From contig CAZQVF010000002.1 in NCBI GenBank assembly GCA_964596735.1, forward strand, positions 82,321 through 146,320: a stretch of DNA of 64,000 nucleotides. The letters are read 5' to 3'. The translations under genes were made by a program, and so were the position numbers. Below are positions 47,937-57,491 of this stretch, piece after piece. The notes beneath the pieces were generated by a model. That model had not been told where the DNA came from. It worked only from the letters and a program-made list of their open reading frames with translations, and did no database searches. This stretch comes from an uncultured Gammaproteobacteria bacterium. Its GTDB lineage: Bacteria; Patescibacteriota; Patescibacteriia; UBA2591; UBA6264. The first letter of the stretch is position 1, and each line of letters begins with the position of its first letter.

Positions 47937-48069
47937 TTTGCTCCCCCTTTGGGTTCATTGTATGTTTAAATTATATTTATATTAAATCATATTTTTTTGT
48001 TTTTGTCAAGGTTTAAAAATAAAAAGACAGCCTCAACTGTCTTTTTTATTGTTGATTTTTAATTAATTT

Positions 48070-48540
48070 CTAAACTTGAACTGGTCCTGATCCAGAAACA
48101 TCCTTATCTGAATCCCCTGGTTTAATTGGTGTAATTGATTCAGGAATAGGCTCTTGTGTTTCTGGCTTGGCCTCAATGTGTTTGCCAATCTTGTCTAATA
48201 TTTCAGTTAAGTGAACATCTGCTTTGATTAAATAATCAACCGCACCCAAGGCCTTTCCTTTGTTTACTTCTTTTTCTTGGCCAAGATTAGAAAGAATAAT
48301 TACTGGAATCTCCTGAGTAACTGGATCATATCTTAATTTTTCCAAAACCTCAAAACCGCTTAATTTGGGCATAACCAAATCTAGTAAAATCATATCTGGT
48401 TTTTCTTTGACGGCTAAATCAAGACTTTTTTGTCCGTCTTCAGCCGTAATCACTTCATAATCAGCACTTTCAATCATGCTTTGTAAAAGTCCTCTCATGT
48501 CTGGTTCGTCTTCACAAATTAAAATTCTTTTTTTTGCCAT
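48070..48540 (-). CDS. Response regulator, receiver domain only (CheY-like) with acidic/Pro-rich C-terminal tail
   Basis: ILICEDEPDMRG...DLVMPKLSGFEV...K. Confidence 0.8.
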   Translation of the reverse strand: MAKKRILICEDEPDMRGLLQSMIESADYEVITAEDGQKSLDLAVKEKPDMILLDLVMPKLSGFEVLEKLRYDPVTQEIPVIILSNLGQEKEVNKGKALGAVDYLIKADVHLTEILDKIGKHIEAKPETQEPIPESITPIKPGDSDKDVSGSGPVQV

Positions 48541-48564
48541 AATTGTTTAATTAAAAAATATTTA

Positions 48565-51042
48565 TTAAATATTAAATGGAAGAGTAAAACAAAAAGTTGT
48601 TCCTTTGTTTTCTTCAGATTCAAACCAAATCTTTCCGCCATGAGCTTCAACTAATCCCTTGGCCAGATAAAGGCCAAGTCCTGTCCCTGGTTTTTGACTA
48701 ACATTATCAGCCCTAAAAAATCTGGAAAATATTTTCTCTTGCTGTTCTTTGGGAATGCCTACTCCTTGATCAGTATTGGAATAAAAAAGTTCTTTTTCTC
48801 TTTGGGCAAGTTTTATTTCAATTTCTGAACCTTCTGGAGAATATTTAATGGCGTTATCAAGGAGAATAATAACTACCTGGCGAATCTTTTCTAAATCAAC
48901 GCTAACCTTGGGCATTGATTTCTCTGGTTTGGACACAGAGACTTTAGCGTTTTTCTTTTCTAAATAAGGCTTATATTCTTCTACTACTTTATCAATTAAT
49001 TCTTCAAATTGAATTTCATCTTTTTTAAATACTAATCTCCCCCCTTCTAAACGAGAAACATTGAGCAGGTCGTTAACCAGTTCAATCATGCGATTGCTAC
49101 CGCGATAAATTCGATCCACTTGTTCTCTGTCTTTTTTCCCCAATTTATGACCAATTGATTTTAACAAGGTTTCTGCTCCCCATTTAATAATGGTCACTGG
49201 GGTTCTTAGTTGATGAGAGGCTAAAGAAACAAATTCTGATTTAATTTTTTCAACCTCTCTTTCTTTGGTAACATCTCTGAATACTCCGACTGCCCCGACA
49301 ACAATACCTTTTTCATCTTTAATCGCCGCGGCTGAACAAGCAACTGGGATTTCTTTGCCATCTTTGGTCATTAAAACTGTGTGGTTGGTCATTTTACTTA
49401 ACTCCCCTGTTTGTAAAGCATGCTGCATAAAAGCAATGTTTTGCTTTTTTTCTTTTTCTGTTAAGAATTTTAAAACCTGATTATATGGTTGACCCAGACA
49501 GTCTTTTTCTTCAAAACCAGCGATTCTCTCCACGGCTGGATTTAAAAGAGCTAATCTACCTTGGGCATCAACCACAAAAACGCCATCAGCTATACTAATT
49601 AAAATCGCTTCAATTCTGTTCTTCTCCTGTTCAATCTTATTCTTGGCCAAGGCTAATTCATTAGTCCGGTCTTTAACCTTTTGTTCCAAAGTAGCATAAT
49701 ATACTTTTAAGCGTCGGGCCATTTCATTAAAACCTTGGGCCAATTCTTGAATTTCATCTTTGGTTTTAATTCTAATTTGATAATCCAGGTTACCTTTACT
49801 GATTTCAAGAGCACCTTTGGTTAACTCCTTAATCGGAGCGGTCACCAAGCGTGCACTAAAGAAAATCAGAACAATTAAAATTAAAGTAATAATACCAAGA
49901 ACAATAAAGATAAAGTTTCGAGTAGCCAAAGCACTGGCCACGATTTCTTCAACCGGAACCACTAAGCCCAGCCCCCAAGCTGTATTTTTAATTGGAGCAT
50001 AAGCAATATATTTTGTTTTTCCTCCCAGCTCAATCTTTTCCAGTCCTTCTTTGCCCGCTCCTATTAATTTAATTATTTCCCTTAGCTGAGGATTAGAAAC
50101 ATCATTTAAATTATGTTCTCTAATTTCTGCTAATTCTAATGATTCTTTTTCCCATTCTAAATCAGCCCGAGCCCTGACTGGTAAGCTGATTGGTCTGCCC
50201 TCAGAATCAATCATAAAAGCATACCCCGTCTCCCATAATTTAATATCTAAGATACGGGTGGTGATGTCTTCCAGGGTCATATCAATGCCGGTAATGGCCT
50301 CCATCTTATTATCTCTATAAACCGGAGAAAGAGCTGAAACCATTAAACCATGGCCGGTAACATCAACATAAGGCGGGCTCCATTGAGTTAACCTGCCAGA
50401 GTTATGAATTTCATTTAAATTATCCCAGAAAACCGGATCAACCCCTTCTTTGTTTAAATCAGCCGGTAAGACATCCATGGCAAAGCTTCCTTTTTGATTG
50501 GGCTTAGGATCTGAATTAGGATAAAGACGATACCAGCCATAGTTCCCGCCAATGATATATAGATTATCAATATTAGAATTCTCTTTTTTAATTGAAGGAA
50601 AAACAAAATCTAAAGCAGCTGAGAGCTCTAAATCACGTTTGGTTAAATCATTTAATTCATACCAATTAAAAACAATGACTGAGCTAGTTTCGTTTGCTCC
50701 ATTGCCATATTGTCCTTCTGAACCCTGAAACAAATTCTCAATTGACCAATAATCAGGGTGATAAAAAAGCAAAGGATTATTATAGACTTCAGTCGCATAA
50801 TCAGCCAAATTTTTACTACTGGAACCAACTTTTGATAAAACCAAATCAATCTTTTCTGCTTCATCATGAGAAAGGCTTTCTAAATAAGTGATTGCTTCTT
50901 TTTTTAATTCTTCAATGGTTCTGGAAACAGAAAAAAAGTTAAGAAGAATTGGACATAAAACAAAAAATAGAAAGATGAGAGCTAATTTTACATTTAAGCC
51001 TAAACCTTTTTTTAGTTTATTTTTTTTAAAATCAGGCTCCAT
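48565..51042 (-). CDS. Sensor histidine kinase with extracytoplasmic Cache-like domain, HAMP, PAS, HisKA and HATPase_c
   Basis: Two TM segments flank a ~330-aa sensor domain. HAMP (IKELTKGALEISKGNLDYQI), PAS (FVVDAQGRLALLNPAVERIAGF), H-box SHQLRTP, and G-boxes GTGLGL. Confidence 0.85.
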   Translation of the reverse strand: MEPDFKKNKLKKGLGLNVKLALIFLFFVLCPILLNFFSVSRTIEELKKEAITYLESLSHDEAEKIDLVLSKVGSSSKNLADYATEVYNNPLLFYHPDYWSIENLFQGSEGQYGNGANETSSVIVFNWYELNDLTKRDLELSAALDFVFPSIKKENSNIDNLYIIGGNYGWYRLYPNSDPKPNQKGSFAMDVLPADLNKEGVDPVFWDNLNEIHNSGRLTQWSPPYVDVTGHGLMVSALSPVYRDNKMEAITGIDMTLEDITTRILDIKLWETGYAFMIDSEGRPISLPVRARADLEWEKESLELAEIREHNLNDVSNPQLREIIKLIGAGKEGLEKIELGGKTKYIAYAPIKNTAWGLGLVVPVEEIVASALATRNFIFIVLGIITLILIVLIFFSARLVTAPIKELTKGALEISKGNLDYQIRIKTKDEIQELAQGFNEMARRLKVYYATLEQKVKDRTNELALAKNKIEQEKNRIEAILISIADGVFVVDAQGRLALLNPAVERIAGFEEKDCLGQPYNQVLKFLTEKEKKQNIAFMQHALQTGELSKMTNHTVLMTKDGKEIPVACSAAAIKDEKGIVVGAVGVFRDVTKEREVEKIKSEFVSLASHQLRTPVTIIKWGAETLLKSIGHKLGKKDREQVDRIYRGSNRMIELVNDLLNVSRLEGGRLVFKKDEIQFEELIDKVVEEYKPYLEKKNAKVSVSKPEKSMPKVSVDLEKIRQVVIILLDNAIKYSPEGSEIEIKLAQREKELFYSNTDQGVGIPKEQQEKIFSRFFRADNVSQKPGTGLGLYLAKGLVEAHGGKIWFESEENKGTTFCFTLPFNI

Positions 51043-51045
51043 ATA

Positions 51046-51122
51046 TTTCTATAATTAAATTACCTTGATTTTCATACGATAAATATTTAATTTCAAGGTT
51101 CTGCGAAGCAGGTTCTTATAAT
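51046..51122 (-). repeat. Conserved intergenic element, copy 7 (minus orientation; promoter-like for the histidine kinase gene)
   Basis: Minus-strand reading: ataagaacctgcttcgcagaaccttgaaattaaat...ggtaatttaattatagaaatatATG. The TAA inside it is the stop of the 51116-51808 gene. Confidence 0.7.
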
Positions 51123-51808
51123 AAATCACTTTGCTTGGCTGTCAATTCTTTTATTTCATTATGCCATTGACAAAAAGAACAATCATCAGCCGGCTCAGGC
51201 ATTTCAGCTTCTAAAATATTAATCGCTTCAGCCAAGCGGGGCAAGACTTCTTTAGAATCTGTTTTAACTTCTTGAAAATGAATGACCAATGGAACACCTT
51301 TGGCTAAATCTTTAATTTCATCTGGATAAAGATAAATCAAACAGGCTGTTTTCTCAGTTGGTTTTCTGTTCTCTTCCAACAAAAAAGCATATTCATTCAT
51401 TTGCCGTTGATAAGAAGGAAAAACTTCTTTTCTTGGTCTTGGATCAGAGCTAGCTGTTTTATAATCAATGATTATATGTTTCCCCTCCGGAGTAATTAAA
51501 CATTCATCAAGCTTGCCATAAAAACCATATTTTTGATTAACATGATAAAAATATACTTCTTGAAATGGATTTTCTAATTTTCCTTTTAATTTTCCCTGCA
51601 GAAAAGGAGGAAGTTCATTTTTCTGACGATAAGAGTTAAAATAGTTTTTAAGAATTTTATCAAACCTTGAGGGTAAACGAGAAAAAATGCCCTGGGGCTG
51701 TCTAATTCCTAAACGATATTGTAACCAAAAACAGCGTGGACATCGATACAAAATATCAAGACCAGAATGAGATAACCAGGTCTTTTTGCCTGCTCTTTGC
51801 AATTTCAT
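51116..51808 (-). CDS. PD-(D/E)xK nuclease-family protein, Cas4/RecB-like
   Basis: N-terminal Cys pair (CPRC), GKLDEC, IIDYKT (D/ExK), QMNEY (QxxxY), and C-terminal CSFC. Confidence 0.5.
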   Translation of the reverse strand: MKLQRAGKKTWLSHSGLDILYRCPRCFWLQYRLGIRQPQGIFSRLPSRFDKILKNYFNSYRQKNELPPFLQGKLKGKLENPFQEVYFYHVNQKYGFYGKLDECLITPEGKHIIIDYKTASSDPRPRKEVFPSYQRQMNEYAFLLEENRKPTEKTACLIYLYPDEIKDLAKGVPLVIHFQEVKTDSKEVLPRLAEAINILEAEMPEPADDCSFCQWHNEIKELTAKQSDLL

Positions 51809-52809
51809 TTTTTAATAACTATATTTTCTGGTTTGTTTAATAAATATTGTTTAATATTTTCTATGGTTGTTTCAATGATTCTAATCAGCGCTTCTTGACT
51901 ATAAAAAGCAATATGAGGGGTAAAAACAACGTTATCTTTACTTAAAAGAATATGGCCCTTTACCAGCTCAGCCAAGACTTCTAAATTCTTTTTATCATAT
52001 AAGAGTTGTTTTTCTTCTTTGATTAATTTCTCGCCCTCTAAAACATCTAGTCCCAGCCCTGATAAAATGCCCTGGTCTAATGCCCAGATTAAGGCTTCTG
52101 TGTCAGCAACTCCTCCTCGGGCTGTATTAATTAAAACGGCTCCTTTTTTAATTTTTTTAATTGTTTGTTTGTTAATCAAATGATGAGTCTTCTTATTATA
52201 TGGGATATGCAAGGTAATAATATCTGAATTTTTTAAGACCTGATCAAAGGCAACATATTGAAAATCTAATTCTTTAGCTAACTCCTTATTCTCTATAACA
52301 TCAAAAGCCAAAACATTCATATCAAACCCCTTGGCCATTTTAATTACGCAGGCGCCAATGTGGCCAGTGCCAATTACCCCTAATGTTTTTCCCTTTAAAT
52401 CAAAGCCCTTTAAGCCTTCAATGGAAAAATCATTTCTTAAGGTTCGAACATATGATTTATGAATATTTCTGGACAATGACAAAATCAAAGCAAAGGTATG
52501 TTCGGCTACTGTGTTTTCTCCGTAAAAGGGAACACTACAAACAGTAATCTTCTTCTTCTGGCAAACCTTTAAATCAATGTGGCCAAAGCCGGTTGAACGA
52601 GTAGTAATTAATTTTAGTTGTGGTAATTTCTTCAAAACCTTTTCATCCATTTTAGAGTAAATAAAAACAGAGACTATTTCAAAATCTCTGATTTTATCAA
52701 CATTAGCTGAACTTAAGGGCTCTTGATAAAACTCAAGGGTGTGATTTTTAAGTTCTTTTTTTAGATAGGGTTTTTCCCAGCCCTTAATTTCAAAAAATGC
52801 TATTTTCAT
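51805..52809 (-). CDS. D-isomer-specific 2-hydroxyacid dehydrogenase (NAD-binding)
   Basis: GVIGTGHIG Rossmann motif and the catalytic R/E/H pattern of the D-2-HDH family. Confidence 0.8.
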   Translation of the reverse strand: MKIAFFEIKGWEKPYLKKELKNHTLEFYQEPLSSANVDKIRDFEIVSVFIYSKMDEKVLKKLPQLKLITTRSTGFGHIDLKVCQKKKITVCSVPFYGENTVAEHTFALILSLSRNIHKSYVRTLRNDFSIEGLKGFDLKGKTLGVIGTGHIGACVIKMAKGFDMNVLAFDVIENKELAKELDFQYVAFDQVLKNSDIITLHIPYNKKTHHLINKQTIKKIKKGAVLINTARGGVADTEALIWALDQGILSGLGLDVLEGEKLIKEEKQLLYDKKNLEVLAELVKGHILLSKDNVVFTPHIAFYSQEALIRIIETTIENIKQYLLNKPENIVIKK

Positions 52810-52817
52810 AATCTGTT

Positions 52818-53402
52818 TTAATATTCTTCACATTTAATTTGATAAAAGCTTTGATCATGATCACAAGAGGGACATTCTTTTGGTGCTTCCTTGCCAAAAT
52901 AAACATAACCACATTCTCGGCAGACCCACCAAACTTCTTTATCTTTTTTAAAGACAGTTCCTGCTTCTACTTCTTTTAAAAGTTTTTTATATCTTTCTTC
53001 ATGGTGTTTTTCAGCCACAGCAATCGCCCTTAATCTCTTGGCAATTTCTGGTAAGCCTTCTTTGTCAGCCATCTCGGCAAATTCTGGATACATTTGAGTA
53101 TATTCATAATTTTCTCCAGCCGCGGCTGTTTTTAAATTTTCTGCTGTACTTCCATAAACAGTCGGGGTGCTGGCTTGGACCTGGATTTCATCTAATTTTT
53201 CTTCTGATTTTTCTTTTAATTCTTGAATATGTTCAAATAATCTTTTGGCATGTTCTTTTTCCTGTTCTGCGGTTAAAAGAAAAACTTCTCTAATTTGCTC
53301 AAACCCTTCTTTTTTAGCTATTTTAGCGTAAAAAGTATAACGATTTCTGGCTTGTGATTCACCAATAAATGCTTTGGTTAGATTTTTAATTGTTTGTTTC
53401 AT
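52818..53402 (-). CDS. Rubrerythrin
   Basis: Ferritin-like diiron ExxH motifs (EKEHAKR; EKHHEERY) and a C-terminal rubredoxin-like CxxC...CxxC. Confidence 0.85.
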   Translation of the reverse strand: MKQTIKNLTKAFIGESQARNRYTFYAKIAKKEGFEQIREVFLLTAEQEKEHAKRLFEHIQELKEKSEEKLDEIQVQASTPTVYGSTAENLKTAAAGENYEYTQMYPEFAEMADKEGLPEIAKRLRAIAVAEKHHEERYKKLLKEVEAGTVFKKDKEVWWVCRECGYVYFGKEAPKECPSCDHDQSFYQIKCEEY

Positions 53403-53479
53403 AATTTTTATTTTATTTTATTAAGTTCTATATATTATATCAAACATATTAATTAAAGCAATTAAAAATCCGCCCAGTA

Positions 53480-54685
53480 TTAATGAGCGGATTTTTTAAC
53501 CTTGTTTCCATTCAAAAGCATTACTAATGGCAGGAAAACTATAATCACTGTTCCTGACAAAATCCAAGCTATTTCAATGCTTAGGCTTTCAGCTGCCCAG
53601 CCACCCAAAACAAGACCTAGGGCAGCGGCACCTGTTCTCATCATTGAAACAAAGGATTCTACTGTTGCCCTCTTATCAGAAGGAACATTTTCCTGTAAAA
53701 CAGCATTAGTATATGGTTGGTAAATACCCCTTACTATTTCATGGGCATAAAACCAGATTAAGGAGAGGGTGAAAACGGGAATGGCTCCGGCCAAGACCAT
53801 GGTTATTCCTAGGCTTAAACCAATAACCACATAGGCTCTCTTAACCACTGGATAATGCCTCCAGAAATATCTAACCGTTTCATTACCAATTGCTGTAAAG
53901 ACAACAATTCCGGCCCAAATAAATCCAAACTGCTGAGTACCAAGTAATGATGGGCCATATTTGGGTTGCCAAAACATATTAAGAGATTGAAACCCTAGGG
54001 TAAAGAGTATTGTCACCGCAACGATTAGGAAAATCATGTTGTCCTGAAAGCCGTAAACAATACTATCTTGAGCAATCTGTCTAATGTCTTGAACCACTTG
54101 TTTTCCTTGTCTACTTTTCTTTTGAAAGTAATCCTCTTGCATTATTCCGTAAGAAAGCATGGCTAATAACCAGTAACCTAGTCCGGCCACAGCAAAGGGA
54201 ACGGACAAGTCTTTGACGCCTAAGTAGGCCCCGATCAAACCACCCGCTAACTTTGCCAGATTAATCACTCTTCCTTCTAAATGAAAGATCTTAATCAGCT
54301 GACCATCCCAACTTACAAAGTGCAAGGAATCAACTAACCATGCTGTTAAAGCCCCTGAAGTAAGGGTCATGCCCAGAGCAATGATTATTTCTGCAGCAAT
54401 AAAGCCAGAGAAACTATTGGCTAAGCTGTAGACAAAAAACCCGATTCCATTGATCACGCTCGAAAGAACAAAAGAGAATTTTCTGCCACAGAGATCAGCT
54501 ATTGCTCCAGTCGGAACCTCAAACAAAAAGACTGAGACCATAAAGAACAGATTAACCAGGCTGACCTCAAGCAAGCTTAAACCACTTTCTAATAGATAAG
54601 TGACATAAACTGCGGCATGCAGGGCAATTAACAAGGTTGCGATTAAACTGACTAATAAATAAGTTGTAATTATTCTTTTAGCCAT
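53480..54685 (-). CDS. MFS transporter
   Basis: 12 predicted TM helices; a motif-A-like GAIADLCGRK between TM2 and TM3. Confidence 0.75.
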   Translation of the reverse strand: MAKRIITTYLLVSLIATLLIALHAAVYVTYLLESGLSLLEVSLVNLFFMVSVFLFEVPTGAIADLCGRKFSFVLSSVINGIGFFVYSLANSFSGFIAAEIIIALGMTLTSGALTAWLVDSLHFVSWDGQLIKIFHLEGRVINLAKLAGGLIGAYLGVKDLSVPFAVAGLGYWLLAMLSYGIMQEDYFQKKSRQGKQVVQDIRQIAQDSIVYGFQDNMIFLIVAVTILFTLGFQSLNMFWQPKYGPSLLGTQQFGFIWAGIVVFTAIGNETVRYFWRHYPVVKRAYVVIGLSLGITMVLAGAIPVFTLSLIWFYAHEIVRGIYQPYTNAVLQENVPSDKRATVESFVSMMRTGAAALGLVLGGWAAESLSIEIAWILSGTVIIVFLPLVMLLNGNKVKKSAH

Positions 54686-55043
54686 GATAAACCTCCTTTG
54701 TTTGTTAAGTTATGTATTAAGTTTTAATGAGTATTAAACAAAGCTCCTGGGGTTTAGCCCAGGAGCTTTGTTTAAGAATATAATCAAATTATTAGTCATC
54801 ATCTAATAAATCATAATAATTGCTTTCTACAACAATAACTACCTGGGCTAGATCTTGGGCAATAGCAAAACAAACATCGCCATGATCAGTGTCAGGAGCC
54901 ATGTTTTGGCTGTTGTCAGGCCATAAACAGTTTTTAAATTGTTGTTTCTCGTTTTCCATTTTTAAATTTATTCAGGTTATTTGCTTCTACTAACTTAGAC
55001 GAATCAACCTATGTCTTTGTTACACTTTTATTCTTAAATTAAA

Positions 55044-55073
55044 AGAAATGGCCGGCATTTGCCGGCCATTTTA
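55044..55073 (-). terminator. Rho-independent terminator
   Basis: ATGGCCGGCatttGCCGGCCAT: 9-bp GC stem flanked by A/T runs; 3' of the 55095-55340 gene. Confidence 0.75.
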
Positions 55074-55094
55074 ATGAAAAGATTATGATCAATG

Positions 55095-55340
55095 TTAGCG
55101 ATTCTTCATTGCCTGATCCAGGATCTCAGCATATTCATCCCGTTTGTGTGGGAATTTGTCCTGAAAAATCATGGCAAATTCTTCCAACGCCACTATTGAT
55201 GGATTTTTCCTTAGCATCCTCCGCAATCGCTTCATCAACTGATCAGCCGCAATCCCATTCACTTCTTTGTTAATCGTGGGTAGTTTCTCAATGGGGAATC
55301 TTATTATTACTCTTCCCTGTCTAATGACAACCGGTTTCAT
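55095..55340 (-). CDS. Hypothetical 81-aa protein
   Basis: ORF with GC content above the window average; no motif recognised. Confidence 0.4.
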   Translation of the reverse strand: MKPVVIRQGRVIIRFPIEKLPTINKEVNGIAADQLMKRLRRMLRKNPSIVALEEFAMIFQDKFPHKRDEYAEILDQAMKNR

Positions 55341-55474
55341 CTTTTCTTTGTCCTCCTTAAGCTAGATGTATTTATAGAATAAGTTGATAAAGTATAACAA
55401 GGTATTAATTTATGTCAAATGAATCGCGCCAGACATAATGCCTGGCGCTTAATTCGTTTCCAAACGACTTTTTT

Positions 55475-55705
55475 TCAAAATATACCTCTTTTAAACAGAG
55501 GTAGGGCTAACATATGTAGCCCAGCTGTCCCGAGCCCAAGCCCGATGAGCCAAATTGGAGAGGTGAGTATTGGAATATCTATTATTCCTGGATATTGACC
55601 AGGAAAACTGGTCATAAACACCAACCAACCTCCGACCAGGATAAGTATCGGCCCCGCAATTATCCGATTCCACATCTTTCTTCTCTTACTGTAAGGTTTC
55701 CGCAT
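55475..55705 (-). CDS. Small 2-TM membrane protein
   Basis: Basic N-terminus followed by two hydrophobic helices. Confidence 0.4.
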   Translation of the reverse strand: MRKPYSKRRKMWNRIIAGPILILVGGWLVFMTSFPGQYPGIIDIPILTSPIWLIGLGLGTAGLHMLALPLFKRGIF

Positions 55706-55769
55706 TTGAAAATTCCTCCTTAGATTATCTGTTGATTATTATAACAGATTTTTATGCTTTTGTCAATAT

Positions 55770-56507
55770 CTAAAAAACAAAGCCGATTATTGCCCCTAAA
55801 AAACAAATGATACTAAAAATTAAAGCAAATTTAAAAAAATCTATTTTTTTAGCCCAATTAATTAAAAAATGCAAGGTTAAAATACCTATTAAAAAACTAG
55901 AAACCAAAGCTGGCCAAGCCTTAAAAACCAAAGTAGAATCTTGTAAAATCAAATAGCCAGTTGAAGCTAATACTACTGGAGCAGACATTAGATAAGAAAG
56001 CTTTAAAATCTTGTCTGGCTTTATTCCACTTAAAGACAAACCAAAAATAGTTGCCCCTGAACGAGATAAACCAGGAATAACAGCCAGGCCTTGTAAAAAT
56101 CCAGTCATAACAGCTAAATATTTAAGATTTATTTTAAAACTTATATTTTTTTTGTGGAAATAAGCGGTGATCAATAAACCAATGCCCATGACCAATAAAA
56201 GGCCATTGCCCAAAACCATGCTCCTGATTAATTTATAAAGAGGATAACTAACAATTAAAGAAACAGCTGTTGCTATAGTTAAAAAGCGGAGTAATTTAGG
56301 ATTTTTAAATGTTAAAATTTCTTTCCAGTCTTTTCTAAAATAGATTAACACGGCAAAAAAAGTACCCAGGTGTAAAAACAAGGCTAAATCAACAGGGTTA
56401 AATGTCTTAATTAAAAAATGAGTTGTTAAAGCAGTTACTCCTTCACTAGAAATGGGCAACCATTCAAATATTCCCTGGATAATGCCGAGTAAAATATATG
56501 ACCACAT
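55770..56507 (-). CDS. uppP: Undecaprenyl-diphosphatase (BacA/UppP)
   Basis: GIIQGIFEWLPISSEG, PGLSRSG motifs. Start moved to the internal Met matching the usual BacA N-terminus (track start 56594). Confidence 0.8.
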   Translation of the reverse strand: MWSYILLGIIQGIFEWLPISSEGVTALTTHFLIKTFNPVDLALFLHLGTFFAVLIYFRKDWKEILTFKNPKLLRFLTIATAVSLIVSYPLYKLIRSMVLGNGLLLVMGIGLLITAYFHKKNISFKINLKYLAVMTGFLQGLAVIPGLSRSGATIFGLSLSGIKPDKILKLSYLMSAPVVLASTGYLILQDSTLVFKAWPALVSSFLIGILTLHFLINWAKKIDFFKFALIFSIICFLGAIIGFVF

Positions 56508-56644
56508 GTTTAAGAGGTTAACAAATAAATCCTTCTTGTCAAGAATATCTGCTTTAGGGTTATCCCCCGCCCTGGTTGACAAAAAATACATCAAAGATTA
56601 TATTTAAAATAGCTCACAACTAAAATAGGAAGGGGGTGAGAAAA

Positions 56645-57076
56645 ATGGGTAAGCAACCCAAAAGTGTCCGAAATAAATCTTCTCCTGATGAACAAGCTCT
56701 TGCGCAACTTATGGAAAAAATCAATAAACTCGGCGCCGGAATCCAACGAATCGAGATTACTCACCACGATAATGGTGCGAAAACCAAAGATAACTACAGT
56801 GGACTCTTGTTAAACGTTATAATAAAGAATGGTGCTGTAATCTACACCCTTGTCAATAATGGCAGACACGAAGCTGAGGTAAAAGCAAATGACGAATTAA
56901 ACCTTTCTCCCTGGCGCAAACTAGTGGATCCCAATCAAAGTCGTCAATTCATTCCGTTAAGTGAAAACGATGAATTAACACTTCAACTCGGTCGGATTAC
57001 GAAAATCTCGCCAGTTAGCACAGAAGAGCTTGAAAAGCGTCTACTAACCTATATTAAAAGGAGAAGAACGCGATGA
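56645..57076 (+). CDS. Hypothetical protein (144 aa)
   Basis: ORF with an SD GGGGGTGA 6 nt upstream of ATG 56645. No known motifs. Confidence 0.5.
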   Translation: MGKQPKSVRNKSSPDEQALAQLMEKINKLGAGIQRIEITHHDNGAKTKDNYSGLLLNVIIKNGAVIYTLVNNGRHEAEVKANDELNLSPWRKLVDPNQSRQFIPLSENDELTLQLGRITKISPVSTEELEKRLLTYIKRRRTR

Positions 57077-57097
57077 CACTTATAAGTGTTTCGGATA

Positions 57098-57170
57098 AAA
57101 AAGAGCCTTGTGTTACTAAATCAATTAGTCAACAAAGCAAGGCTCTTACCTTTTGTAAACTTTTTTTAAT
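57098..57170 (+). terminator. Long-stem terminator
   Basis: AAGAGCCTTG...27-nt loop...CAAGGCTCTT (10-bp perfect stem) followed by a T-rich tract. Confidence 0.6.
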
Positions 57171-57194
57171 AAATTATTTACGTAAAGATAAAAC

Positions 57195-57221
57195 TTGACA
57201 AAAACAAAAAATTATTATAAT
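57195..57221 (+). promoter_or_regulatory. Promoter TTGACAAAAACAAAAA-N-TATAAT (shared architecture with 60985-61010)
   Basis: TTGACA at 57195-57200 and TATAAT at 57216-57221 (15-nt spacer); about 45 nt upstream of a strongly SD-preceded small ORF. Confidence 0.55.
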
Positions 57222-57268
57222 ATGATACTAGAAAACATTTTTCTCAACGTGGAAAAGGAGGTGCTATC

Positions 57269-57379
57269 ATGGCCTTGAAACGAGGAAAAAGAAACGCTGG
57301 CATGAAATTTACGGCGGTTGTCATGTCAGTGATTGTTGTTGTTCTTTGGCTGATGATAAAATATAATATCATCAATTAG
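57269..57379 (+). CDS. 36-aa hydrophobic peptide (not in the ORF track)
   Basis: MALKRGKRNAGMKFTAVVMSVIVVVLWLMIKYNIIN. A perfect SD AAGGAGGTG lies 7 nt upstream. Confidence 0.5.
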   Translation: MALKRGKRNAGMKFTAVVMSVIVVVLWLMIKYNIIN

Positions 57380-57491
57380 CCAAAGGCAATTAAATTATTA
57401 ATCGCCGTGCCCTGTTCTGTAAATTATCCTATTTTATAGGATAAAAAGGACGGGGCTTTTCTTTAAAAAATTTTTATTAAAACAAAAGTTA

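Noticed and set aside
54793-54960. Apparent 55-aa minus-strand ORF (MENEKQQFKNCLWPDNSQNM...) in the MFS/hypothetical intergenic region
   Set aside because: A careful re-read shows an in-frame TGA after 22 codons (…ATG GGC TCC TGA), so it is not a real ORF.
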